Shown here in pieces: positions 20,910 through 30,830 of a stretch of DNA of 64,000 nucleotides (positions within the stretch are counted from its first letter, which is position 1; each line of letters begins with the position of its first letter). Location of the stretch: positions 512,001-576,000 of the forward strand of contig CAWFGO010000001.1 in assembly GCA_963815455.1 (NCBI GenBank). Reading direction: 5' to 3'. The translations under genes were made by a program, and so were the position numbers. The stretch comes from an uncultured Verrucomicrobiae bacterium (GTDB lineage Bacteria > Verrucomicrobiota > Verrucomicrobiia > Chthoniobacterales > UBA10450). Below the pieces are notes generated by a model. It saw nothing but the letters and a program-made list of their open reading frames with translations, was not told the origin of the DNA and did not search any database.

Positions 20910-20912
20910 TGA
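20651..20912 (+). CDS. GIY-YIG nuclease family protein inside the 23S intervening sequence; one extra base near 20735
   Basis: MFYVYVLKNPKSAELYYGFSSNLRQRF, then in the next frame HQKMSKHAGWKLVYYEAYADEQDARDRERMLK...; both Tyr motifs and the conserved Arg, His and Glu are present. Confidence 0.85.
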
Positions 20913-22033
20913 TGGCGTGCCTTTTGCTTAATGAGTCTGCGAGTTATTATCAGTGGCGAGCCTAAGGCGTTCTGCGCTGGAGGCGAAGCGAAAGCGAGTC
21001 CGAAATGGGCGAACATAGTCGCTGGTAGTAGACCCGAAGCCGAGGTGATCTACCCATGAGCAGGATGAAGATTGCTTAACCGCAATTGAAGGACCGAACC
21101 CGTGAAGGTTGAAAATTTCTGGGATGACTTGTGGGTAGGAGCGAAAGACTAATCAAACCCCGTGATAGCTGGTTCTCCCCGAAATAGCTTGAGGGCTAGC
21201 CTCGTGTGCTGACCTGCGGAGGTAGAGCACTGGATGAACTAGGGCCCATACCAGGGTACCGAACTCAATCAAACTCCGAATGCCGCAGGGTGTAACACGG
21301 GAGTCAGTGCGTGAGGGATAAGCTTCACGCGCGAGAGGCAAACATGCCAGACCAGCAGCTAAGGTGCCCAAATACCGTTCAGTGGAAAGGATGTGAGGTT
21401 GCATAGACAGTGAGGATGTTGGCTTAGAGGCAGCCATCATTTAAACAGTGCGTAATAGCTGACTCATCGAGCGATCTCGCGCCGATAATGATTGGCGATA
21501 AGCGGTATACCGAAGCTCTGGAAGACATTTTGGTTCGCCAGAATGGATTGGTAGGGGAGCGTTCTGAATGCATCGAAGCAGAAGGGGAACCTACTGTGGA
21601 GCGTTCAGAAGTGAGAATGCAGACATGAGTAGCGATAAGCCAGGTTAAATTCCTGGCCGCCGTAAACCCAAGGTTTCCTGGGGAAGGTTCGTCCTCCCAG
21701 GGTTAGTCGGGACCTAAGTCGAGGCCGAAGGGCGTAGACGATGGAAAGCAGGTTCAATATTCCTGCACCGGCTGTGGTTAAGCTTGGTTGTGACATATCA
21801 GTGGAGACGGGCCGTCGATTGAAAGTGGCGGTCTGCTCGCAAGAGCAAGGACGTGGAGGCCTCGGCTGAAGCGGATCTGTTAAAACTTGAATCAAGAAAA
21901 GCACTTAAATGTTCCCACGGTTGCCCGTACCGTAATCCGACACAGGTGGGTGAGTAGAGTATACTCAGGCGCGTGAGTGAAACCTCGTTAAGGAACTCGG
22001 CAATCTAGCCCCGTAACTTCGGAAGAAGGGGTG

Positions 22034-22196
22034 CCCCGCTGCATTTTGCGAGAGCGCAAAACAACAGTGAAATTATATTGCCAATCCCAAATTACAAGAT
22101 CCAGTAAATCTGAGACGAAGGCTAATGTTTCGGGATCTTGGAGTTTGGCTATTGGGATTCATGCATTTTGAGCCACTGCTCTAAAATGCAGCGGGG
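22034..22196 (+). other. Non-coding expansion or intervening sequence in 23S helix 63
   Basis: Perfect 14-bp closing stem ccccgctgcatttt / aaaatgcagcgggg enclosing an AT-rich, 7-nt periodic inner stem; 163 nt in total. Confidence 0.8.
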
Positions 22197-22341
22197 TCGC
22201 AGTGAAATGGGTCAACCGACTGTTTAACAAAAACACAGCACTCTGCTAAGTCGTTAAGACGACGTATAGGGTGTGACACGTGACCAATGCGGAAAGATTA
22301 TGGTAAGACGTTAGCCGCAAGGCGAAGCGTTGAACCGAAGT

Positions 22342-22421
<80 letters not shown>

Positions 22422-22929
22422 GTGTAACGAGTTGACCGCTGTCTCAACGAGGAGCTCAGCGAAGTTGTAATGGCGGTGAAGATGCCGCCTACCCGCAGTA
22501 GGACGGAAAGACCCTATGCACCTTTACTACACGCTGTTACTGTTGTTTCGGTTTCGATGCTTAGCGTAAGTGGAAGGCTACGAAGCGGCCCTTTTGGGGG
22601 TCGCAGAGCCGCCAATGAAACACCACCCTTCGGTACTGGAATAACTAACCTTTGCCCGTATATCCGGGAAAGGGACACTGGCAGCCGGCTAGTTTTACTG
22701 GGGCGGTATCCTCCCAAAGAGTAACGGAGGAGTACGAAGGTTGGCTCAACCTGGTTGGCAATCAGGTGACGAGTATATGGATATAAGCCAGCTTAACTGT
22801 GAGAGACACACCTCGAGCAGATACGAAAGTAGGTCCAAGTGATCCGGTGGTTGAATGTGGAATTGCCATCGCTCAACGGACAAAAGGTACGCTAGGGATA
22901 ACAGGCTGATCCTGCCCAAGAGCTCATAT

Positions 22930-22996
<67 letters not shown>

Positions 22997-23011
22997 CCGG
23001 CTGTTCGCCGG

Positions 23012-23045
<34 letters not shown>

Positions 23046-23186
23046 CGAGACAGTTCGGTCCTTATCCACTGTGGGCGCAGGAGATTTGAGGGGTTCAGAC
23101 CTTAGTACGAGAGGACCGGGTCTGACGAACCGCTGGTGTTCCAGTTGTCGTGTCAACGGCAGTGCTGGGTAGCTATGTTCGGAAAG

Positions 23187-23217
<31 letters not shown>

Positions 23218-23600
23218 CTATCCCAAGATGAGATCTCCCTGAAGGGTCGTGGTAGACCACCACGTTGATAGGTCTCCGGTGTAAGTGCAGTAATGTATTC
23301 AGCTGAGAGATACTAATAACCCGTTCGGCTTGATCTTTTACTTTTCTGTTAACGCTGCGTTCCGGTGAAAATCGGGACAGCAGAATGGGAAATGAAAGAT
23401 CTCAAACAAAACGAAGCCTTAAGCGTGCGACTTTCCAAAAACTCCTGTATGTAGATATCAGAGAACAGCGACAGAATTTTGAGAAGATGACGTGATGTTT
23501 GATCTAAATGAATGCGCGCAATCGCGAGCGAAATAAATCTGACATCGTCCATCAAACCTCAAACATGCCAGAAGCGAGCGGCGAAGCATTCGCGGTTCGC

Positions 23601-23717
23601 TTCTGGTGATAATAGCGCAGTGGCACCACCCGTTCCCATTCCGAACACGGCAGTGAAACGCTGCAGCCCCGATGGTAGTACGGCGATAGGCTGTGCGAGA
23701 GTAGGACGTCGCCAGAA
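23601..23717 (+). rRNA. rrf: 5S ribosomal RNA
   Basis: TTCTGGTG...CCACCCGTTCCCATTCCGAACACGGCAGTGAAAC...CCGATGGTAGT...GAGAGTAGG...GCCAGAA. Confidence 0.97.
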
Positions 23718-23719
23718 CT

Positions 23720-23753
23720 AAAACCCCGCTAGGTTTATCTCAGCGGGGTTTTT
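23720..23753 (+). terminator. Intrinsic terminator after 5S
   Basis: aaaaccccgct-loop-agcggggttttt hairpin with a U-tract. Confidence 0.88.
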
Positions 23754-23773
23754 GCTTTCTATGCACCCTGCTC

Positions 23774-23805
23774 GCCTGTCGCGCAGTAAGCCTTGGCGAA
23801 GGCGG
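23774..23805 (-). repeat. Inverted copy of the CCGCCTTCGCCAAGGCT repeat
   Basis: Reverse complement reads ccgccttcgccaaggcttactgcgcgacaggc. Confidence 0.7.
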
Positions 23806-24049
23806 AAGCACGGCGCGGCGGAACACCGCATGCCGTAAGAGAATGGCGCCGACGGGAGTCGAGCGACATAGACGGTCGCGGCCCGTCGCGAAGCGACACT
23901 TCACTTTGGGTAAACTGTATCGGCCGTTTAGCGCCAGGGAGCGTAAGCCCGCGCAGGTTGCGGGCGAGTGAGCTGGAGCGAACGAGTCAATAAGACTCCG
24001 CCAGAACCGCGCCCCGAAAAGCAGTCGATCTCGTCACCTATAGTCAAGA

Positions 24050-24721
24050 TCACGCATCATCTCGATCGCGTAGTACAAAACAATTAAGGTGGTGTTCGAT
24101 AAGATCTGAACGAGTCGAACCCACCTTGATGCTCCGATAGATGTTCTGCAATCCCTCAAGAAGATCGAACGACCTAGGAAACGCGAGGCGAAGATCGGTG
24201 GAGTGTTCAAAACACGACGATAACCCCTCGATAACTTCGTCGAGCTTCACTTCAAAGTCGGGTGGCAATGAAGGTGTCCGCGACGACGCCAGGAATGATC
24301 GAACTGCACTTCGTGCTCTTCGAAAAAATCTGTGATCGATCCGTCCCGCGATGTCGACTGGAATCTTACACTCATTCTTCAGAAAGAGAATAAACCTGAA
24401 AACCTCCCCTCGAACACATCCCACAAGCCGATCAGCACCATGTCTGACTTGAAATCGAATAGAATGCTTCTGAACGAATGTCCCGACAACCACACCAATC
24501 GCAAGACCGATCGGCAACACCAGCAAACTTGCGATAAGATTTTGAGCGAATGCAATATTCCAAATCAACGCGGTACCACCGGCGATAGTCGCAAAAATTA
24601 TGACCAGCAACGACCATGTGAGTGTAAGAAGGGCGAGTTGGGCTACAAGCGGAATAAGGCGCCGATAATGGTGATATTCAAAGCCGCGATTCGACGAAAA
24701 CCCGCGGCGTGGCAACTTCAT
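24050..24721 (-). CDS. Hypothetical membrane protein (N-terminal TM helices)
   Basis: MKLPRRG start overlaps the vsr stop (ATGA); two to three hydrophobic segments followed by a helical soluble region. Confidence 0.55.
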   Translation of the reverse strand: MKLPRRGFSSNRGFEYHHYRRLIPLVAQLALLTLTWSLLVIIFATIAGGTALIWNIAFAQNLIASLLVLPIGLAIGVVVGTFVQKHSIRFQVRHGADRLVGCVRGEVFRFILFLKNECKIPVDIAGRIDHRFFRRARSAVRSFLASSRTPSLPPDFEVKLDEVIEGLSSCFEHSTDLRLAFPRSFDLLEGLQNIYRSIKVGSTRSDLIEHHLNCFVLRDRDDA

Positions 24722-25155
24722 AAAGAAACGGCGTTGCGGCGGCGACGTGCCTTGTCTATTCGCGCGCTGATCTTCAACCAAAAACGAGGATGCAAATCGC
24801 ACTCCCAAACGCGCACAACGTTCCAGCCAGCGTTACGTAATGCTCGTGTCACCTTACGGTCCCGCAGTTGATTCCCTGCTAACTTGGCTCGCCACCACTT
24901 CGCCCGACTTTTCGGCAGCGACGCATGTTTCGGTTTGGGGCAGCCATGCCAAAAACATCCATCGACAAACACAGCAACTCTTTCGCGTGGAAAAATAAAG
25001 TCAGGTTTTCCAAATAGTTGGACCTTTCGACGCCATCCAGTGATTCGATACTTTCGGAACAATCTAATCATGCGCAGTTCGGTATCGCGATTCTCACTGC
25101 TCCGAATCCGCGACATTATTTCGGATCGGCGTTGCGGTGAGTAAATGTCACTCAA
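24718..25155 (-). CDS. vsr: Very short patch repair endonuclease
   Basis: DIYS..RRSEIMSRI, GKPDFIF, FVDGCFWHGCP and GWNVVRVWEC. Confidence 0.95.
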   Translation of the reverse strand: MSDIYSPQRRSEIMSRIRSSENRDTELRMIRLFRKYRITGWRRKVQLFGKPDFIFPRERVAVFVDGCFWHGCPKPKHASLPKSRAKWWRAKLAGNQLRDRKVTRALRNAGWNVVRVWECDLHPRFWLKISARIDKARRRRNAVSL

Positions 25156-25160
25156 GCTTA

Positions 25161-26216
25161 TCAGCGCGTTTGAGATCGGTGAGCGATAATGGCCTTTGCT
25201 ATTTCAGCGGCAAAACGGACGGGAACTGCGTTACCGATCTGACTCGCGACTTCACTCAAAGAACCGCCGTAAAAAATGTAGTCGTCGGTAAAACTCTGCA
25301 AGCGCGCCGCTTCTCGCAACGAAATCGCGCGATGTTGTACGGGATGACCATACCGGCCATTCGAAATACTGTGACAGCGACATGTGAGCGTCGGCGCTGG
25401 AAAGTCCCATCGCATCCGACCGTATACGTCAGAATGCCCCTCATAGTCCCCGCTATGACAGGGAAGATGAAAGTGTTTGGGCCACTGTATTCGACCGCCT
25501 CCATCTTTGGGAGTTACACTGAGTCTCGCCAAGTTCGTTTCAGATAGTCCTGCGGCCCGATGATTTGGAACAGTCTTGTGCGTCTCACCTGCCGCCAATT
25601 TCGGCAAATTGCCAATAGCATCCCGGACCGTCCGGTATTTTCGGCGCGCGTTCGGGCCGTGACTTGGTGTAGGCAAGCTGGGGGACGGCGCTCGGCTTGC
25701 AATAACGATCCATCTCTGTCGATTCTGCGGCACTCCAAAAGACTTCGCGTTGAGTCGGCCCTCAGCCCACTCGTAACCATTACATTTAAGCGCTTTTAGA
25801 AACCGGTGATAAGTGCTGTTTCCAGCCACTCGGGCGATCCCCGGGACATTTTCGATAACGACGTATTGCGGCTGAAACGACGAGATGAAAACCGTAAGAG
25901 CGCTAAGCAAGCTCCGCTCAGCTTCATAATCACCTTCGCGGCGCTGCTGCGTAAACGGACGGCAAGGGGCGCAAGCCATAAATACAAGTGCTTCAGCAGC
26001 GGTATGCTTAATTAAGGGACGTAATTGTTTGATCGTCAGGTCCTGCATATCAACTTCCAGGAATCGAGCTGGCTTATTGTTCCGTTCGTAAGTCCACCGA
26101 CATGCTCCATTCGCGTCGATTCCAGCAATTACGTCAATTCCAGCGTCCAGGAACCCTCGCGTGAAACCGCCAGCGCCACAGAAAAAATCAACCGCTCTAA
26201 GTTTCTGCACTCGCAT
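25161..26216 (-). CDS. DNA (cytosine-5)-methyltransferase
   Basis: Motif I FCGAGG, IV APC, VI ENVPG, VIII PQNRQR, IX REAARLQSF and X IGNAVP. Confidence 0.95.
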   Translation of the reverse strand: MRVQKLRAVDFFCGAGGFTRGFLDAGIDVIAGIDANGACRWTYERNNKPARFLEVDMQDLTIKQLRPLIKHTAAEALVFMACAPCRPFTQQRREGDYEAERSLLSALTVFISSFQPQYVVIENVPGIARVAGNSTYHRFLKALKCNGYEWAEGRLNAKSFGVPQNRQRWIVIASRAPSPSLPTPSHGPNARRKYRTVRDAIGNLPKLAAGETHKTVPNHRAAGLSETNLARLSVTPKDGGGRIQWPKHFHLPCHSGDYEGHSDVYGRMRWDFPAPTLTCRCHSISNGRYGHPVQHRAISLREAARLQSFTDDYIFYGGSLSEVASQIGNAVPVRFAAEIAKAIIAHRSQTR

Positions 26217-27312
26217 CGGCTGGCAGGGATTTTAATATTGCGTCAACAAATTGATCGCTGTCAAGACTTGGCAAGCCTGGTCGGCCAGAAATTTGCGCGA
26301 ACGCCCAAGAAACACGCTCGCGAAATGGGCTATCAACGGAGGCGACCCGATACCATTCGACATTCGGATCCTCGTGAAGAGAGATCGCAGCCATGCCTAA
26401 CAATTGCAAGCTTTTCAGATCTACCGCCATCGCCGGAATAATTTTCGGCAACTCCGGGACGCAGAAAACGCCGTTTACCTGATCCGCGTTTAGGAAAATC
26501 GGTAGACGTTGCTTCAATCTTTTCTTTCCGGCCTGCCCCAGATTCGTTGCATCCAGGAACCGTTGCGGCGATTCGCATCGCGCGACCAAGGCATGCTCTA
26601 AACATCCGCCTCGATTGCGCACCAGGTCACAAGAAGGCGAAAGGACGACAAGAAAATCGCTGGGATCAAATCCTTCGGCAGCGCAACGACGAAGTATATC
26701 CCCGGTCATTAGATCGGGCGATAGACTGGGATAAACATATTGTTCCCACGGCCGAAGAGCAGTTTCGGCTTGCTGCACAATGTCCATCGACGCGGCTATG
26801 CGGCGTCTTGTGATTCGTCCTATAAGCTCACCCCTGGTCTCGGGAGCGCTGTCCTGCCAAATAACCTCGCACACGTCGCGAAGTGAATTGCCCATTGATT
26901 GTGCAACTTCCCGGCGAACTCCGTGAAGTACCTCGACGTGAGGCAAAAATTCTCCAAGGCTGTGTACTACTTGCTGATCGCTTTCGGCTGAGCCTGTTTT
27001 CGCATGCAATCGAATGAATGGATGCTTTGCCAGTTCCTCGTGGCTAGGTTGAGGCTTCGCAGTATATATGATTAGCGGACAAAAATGTCGCTCCCATATC
27101 TTCTTTCCAACTTTATCCCCTTCATTTTGATCTAGATTTGGATCCGCGAAAATGTCGATTACCACTACGTCGGGCATCTCCTCTTCAACTCGATCAAAGG
27201 CAGTGTCGAACATATTGTGCGTTATCGTGGTGCTTGATGCGAATTTCGCCTCAATCGCAAGTTTCAGATTCTCCGCTGGTACCGTTTGATCATCGATGAT
27301 AAGAATTTTCAT
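26197..27312 (-). CDS. Response-regulator receiver domain fused to an uncharacterised C-terminal domain
   Basis: KILIIDD, PDVVVID and PLIIYT at the N-terminus; C-terminal LMTGDIL...VVLSPSCDLV...DSPFRE, with no HTH seen. Confidence 0.75.
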   Translation of the reverse strand: MKILIIDDQTVPAENLKLAIEAKFASSTTITHNMFDTAFDRVEEEMPDVVVIDIFADPNLDQNEGDKVGKKIWERHFCPLIIYTAKPQPSHEELAKHPFIRLHAKTGSAESDQQVVHSLGEFLPHVEVLHGVRREVAQSMGNSLRDVCEVIWQDSAPETRGELIGRITRRRIAASMDIVQQAETALRPWEQYVYPSLSPDLMTGDILRRCAAEGFDPSDFLVVLSPSCDLVRNRGGCLEHALVARCESPQRFLDATNLGQAGKKRLKQRLPIFLNADQVNGVFCVPELPKIIPAMAVDLKSLQLLGMAAISLHEDPNVEWYRVASVDSPFRERVSWAFAQISGRPGLPSLDSDQFVDAILKSLPADASAET

Positions 27313-29465
27313 CGCGATTGCTCGACAGCCGGTAATTCGAACCTAAATGTCGCGCCACCCAATTTTCCCGGAGCTTGAACGGCTATTGTGCCTTTGTTGC
27401 CCTCGACCAATTCTCCCGCCACGGTTAAACCCATCCCTGATCCATTTGGTCTACGCGTAACTCCCGCGTTAAAGATACGGTTCTTGTCTTCTGATGCGAT
27501 ACCTGGCCCCGAATCGCTGATTTCACAAACAACCATGCCGTCCCGTCGGGAAGAACTAATTTTCAGCCGTCGCCGATCGGGCTTGCTGTGATGAAGCCAG
27601 TAGACAGCATTATCGACGAGGTTGTATACGATTGGATACAATTCACCTGGGTCAATACGAACCTCACCGTCGCGAATAGCACATTCGACCGCCACGCGGC
27701 CTTGCTTGAGCGGCTCTTGCAGCGTCTGCAAACAAGCATCGACAACCTCTTTCAGGTTTGCGTTCCGTTTTCCACGCTGAAACGCGCGACTGGCCAAAGG
27801 TCGGAATCTTTCTGCCAATCTTTGCAGCGCGGTGACGGCGTCCTTCGCTAACGCGAGCCTCTTCTCTAAGACGGCGCGATCCGCTAACTTGTTCTCTAAC
27901 CATTCGCGAACGCAATTGACGAACGCATCGAGGGCACCACAGTTGTTGCCGACCTCGTGGACAAGCATTTGCGAAATGGTGCCAATCGTCGCCAGCCGAC
28001 TGTAATAAAAAAATTGCCTCTCGATTTGCTGGCGCGCTTTCTCTGCCTTTTTTGAAAACTGAGTCAGGAGCGGTAACACGTCGCTAGCCGTCCCATTTTC
28101 CGAAACGATCTCTTCGGCATCACTCAGCAGCTTTTCAGGTGAAAGCTCTTCAAACAATTCTCTCAACTGCGGTTCTTCAGCCTCCTGGTCTTGATCACGT
28201 TCCAGTTCGAGTCGGCTAATCGCGTACCTGAGCAAACGTTCAAATTCTTGCACCTCGTCGTTCCTCGCGAGCCTTTCACGATCACTTGTGTCTTCAATCC
28301 GCGGGTTTACATCGGCAGAAACCGATACGTAGCCGACCATTTGACTCGTGCTTAGCCGCGTCCCCACCTTGCTGACGCGTCGAAGATCTAACCCAAGCCA
28401 ATCGCGATTGTTTTCCGATTTTGGCAAAACAAGGACACCGTCCCGATATAAAGAAAGACCCTTGAATGCGCGAATTTGCCGGCGCATTAGTGACCTACGG
28501 ATTTCAAACCGAGACTCCGCATCAGCCATGCTCTTTTGATCCAGGTCCCAAACTCGAATTTCGAAGGAAAACGGGCCGCACGTTGGTTGCTTCTTCAAAG
28601 GTATTCGATCTTGTTTGGGCAGAGTATCGTTTATATCGCGCTGAACGATCGCCCAATCGAAGCTCCTAGGAACAGACCGTCCTTTCGCGCGAAACGGATG
28701 AAACGTGTAGTTGTATTTAAGCGTTCCCGCCCGACTGAAACTTCCCTTCAAACTATACGGTGGATGCTTAAGAAATTCCGAGGTTTGAATTTTCGTTCGT
28801 GTAGGAACAGCACCGGGCGGAGTAAGAAAAATGTCAAAATCGGAGATCGCCTCGAATGGTGAGGTGAGTCTCGACAATGCCTCACTAAGTTCCTCAACTT
28901 CTTGCTCGCGCCAACGAGAATTGAGACTGCGAATCGTGATGGATGTGCCGGTCCCGTTCCGAAATTCAGTCCCGATGTACTTTCCCCGCAACGCGCAGCA
29001 TGCTTCGACAGACGAAGCCGCCGAAAGTCCAGACCAGTCAACGTCGACTTGCCACGCGCGATCCTCCTTTGCCTTTGTCACCAATGTCATTGATTGTCCT
29101 AGCCGAGCAGCAGAAAGACGCCCCAAACCCTTTGCACCGGTCGTGCGCCGAGTCTTATTTCCTTTGTGTGTGCGTGGATGTTCCTGGCGGAACGGAGTAG
29201 CGACCATGCACCAGACGTCGTCGATGATTTCCTTCGTCATGCCCTGCCCGTTATCAGCCACTTCGAGCGTTAACTTGCCACCAACGGACCCGAATCTCAC
29301 TTCGACGTGTGTTGCAAACGCATCGTACGAATTCTTCACGAGTTCAATAACAGCCACGACATCGCTCGTGACGAGCTCGGAACCGAGAGCCTGAAAGACA
29401 CGCGGATGCATCTTAAACGGCACCAGCTTGGCGTCCGCGCTCGTCGACTCGTCAGGCATTAGCAA
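27309..29465 (-). CDS. GHKL (HSP90/MORC-like) ATPase fused to a histidine kinase
   Basis: N-terminal ELVKNSYDA, DNGQGM, GAKGLGRLS, GTGT; C-terminal H-box LVHEVGN, NLVDNA, SDSGPGI, GSGMGL, GATF. Confidence 0.88.
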   Translation of the reverse strand: MLMPDESTSADAKLVPFKMHPRVFQALGSELVTSDVVAVIELVKNSYDAFATHVEVRFGSVGGKLTLEVADNGQGMTKEIIDDVWCMVATPFRQEHPRTHKGNKTRRTTGAKGLGRLSAARLGQSMTLVTKAKEDRAWQVDVDWSGLSAASSVEACCALRGKYIGTEFRNGTGTSITIRSLNSRWREQEVEELSEALSRLTSPFEAISDFDIFLTPPGAVPTRTKIQTSEFLKHPPYSLKGSFSRAGTLKYNYTFHPFRAKGRSVPRSFDWAIVQRDINDTLPKQDRIPLKKQPTCGPFSFEIRVWDLDQKSMADAESRFEIRRSLMRRQIRAFKGLSLYRDGVLVLPKSENNRDWLGLDLRRVSKVGTRLSTSQMVGYVSVSADVNPRIEDTSDRERLARNDEVQEFERLLRYAISRLELERDQDQEAEEPQLRELFEELSPEKLLSDAEEIVSENGTASDVLPLLTQFSKKAEKARQQIERQFFYYSRLATIGTISQMLVHEVGNNCGALDAFVNCVREWLENKLADRAVLEKRLALAKDAVTALQRLAERFRPLASRAFQRGKRNANLKEVVDACLQTLQEPLKQGRVAVECAIRDGEVRIDPGELYPIVYNLVDNAVYWLHHSKPDRRRLKISSSRRDGMVVCEISDSGPGIASEDKNRIFNAGVTRRPNGSGMGLTVAGELVEGNKGTIAVQAPGKLGGATFRFELPAVEQSR

Positions 29466-29626
29466 TCAATGGCGGAAATCCTACAGCGGCAATTGCCAGA
29501 GGACAAGCGCTGTGATGTTGCTGCTCCCGTCTCCTACGCTACGGGAAGGCGCCCTAGCAGAAGGTTTCGTACTCACGGGCAAAGATTCATCCGTTTGCAT
29601 CTGCGTAATCCGCGGTAGGTTCCACC

Positions 29627-30140
29627 ATGCTGACAAGTAAGAAAGTAATAGGCGCGATAAACGAGCAGATTGGATACGAGTTCAGCGCTTCGATGCAGTA
29701 TTACGCGATCGCCGCGCATTTCGCGGCTGAGGCTTTGCCGCAGTTGTCGCAGCATTTTTTCCAGCAAGCCGAAGAAGAGAAAGGTCACGCGCTGCGATTC
29801 ATCAAGTACGTGGTCGATGCCGGCGGACGCGTGGTGATTCCGGCAATCGACGCGCCGAGGTCCAATTTCAAAACTCCTAAAGACGCGGTGAAGCTTTCTC
29901 TTGATCAGGAAATTCACGTGACGAAACAGATCAATGCGTCTCGTTGATCTGGCCCGTAAGGAAAACGACCACATCACGATCAATTTTCTCCAGTGGTTCC
30001 TGACCGAGCAGCTCGAGGAAGTTTCCTCGATGGACAATTTGCTCAAGATCGTCGAAAGGGCGGGAACCGATCTGCTCCAGGCCGATGAATACCTCGCCCG
30101 CGTTGGTCTCCGGACGATGCCGGAGCCACCCAAGGAATAG
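29627..30140 (+). CDS. Ferritin; frameshift near 29937
   Basis: INEQIGYEFSAS.QY, QAEEEKGHA, QEIHVTKQIN and FLQWFLTEQLEE. Confidence 0.9.
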
Positions 30141-30144
30141 TCTG

Positions 30145-30281
30145 GGGAGCGCAGGCTGCCAGCCTGCAGCATTCGGCAGCCTGCCGAATGCACTCTCAGA
30201 TCGCTCTGGCCATCATTACCGGACCCGATATACATTCGCGGCAAGCTGCCGCGAACAACAGGCTGGCAGCCTGTGCTACCC
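30145..30281. repeat. Composite palindromic element GGGAGCGCAGGCTGCCAGCCTG...CAGGCTGGCAGCCTGTGCTACCC
   Basis: Inverted termini with internal hairpins; related copy at 50459-50553. Confidence 0.8.
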
Positions 30282-30341
30282 GGATTTCCTTGATTCAAAA
30301 GTCTTGAATAGAAAGCCTTAACGGCAGTCTAATCGAGCACT

Positions 30342-30653
30342 ATGAAAACTACCCTGTGCAGTTTGTTAGCAATAATGGCCCTCGCCCTGAGCGGCGCGGC
30401 GTTGGCCGGAGGCAAGGATTATCAAGTCACCGGCCCGGTGCTTGAAAAGACCGACTCAATGATCGCAGTGCAAAAAGGAAAGGACCGTTGGGAAATCCAA
30501 ATGTCGTCCAGCACAACGGGCGCGGCTGACGTAAAGGTCGGCGACAAAGTCACGATCCACTACACAATGTCGGCAACCTCGGTCGAAGCGAAGGCAGCCA
30601 AGGCCGATAAGGGCGCAAAGAAAGACGAAAAGACCGAAAAGAAGGCGAAATAA
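30342..30653 (+). CDS. Small secreted OB-fold-like protein
   Basis: Signal peptide, YQVTGPV...VKVGDKVTIHY, Lys-rich tail. Confidence 0.7.
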   Translation: MKTTLCSLLAIMALALSGAALAGGKDYQVTGPVLEKTDSMIAVQKGKDRWEIQMSSSTTGAADVKVGDKVTIHYTMSATSVEAKAAKADKGAKKDEKTEKKAK

Positions 30654-30830
30654 CGACTCGCTGCTAGCTATTCAAAATTGCCGGGGGCTCGTGCCCCGGC
30701 GATTTTCTTGGGTGGATCGTGCGCTCCGCGCGCGATGTTAAACCCAGGCGGCGAAAGCCGCCCAAGACGAAACAATTCGAGCGCCTCCGGCGGGATTATT
30801 ACCATCGAGCGACGGAGCGCTCGATCCACC

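Noticed and set aside
23842..23862. Minus-strand TCGACTCCCGTCGGCGCCA as a tRNA/tmRNA 3'-end attachment site for the methyltransferase island
   Set aside because: The T-loop is imperfect, no matching direct repeat was found at the other island end, and there is no integrase in the window.
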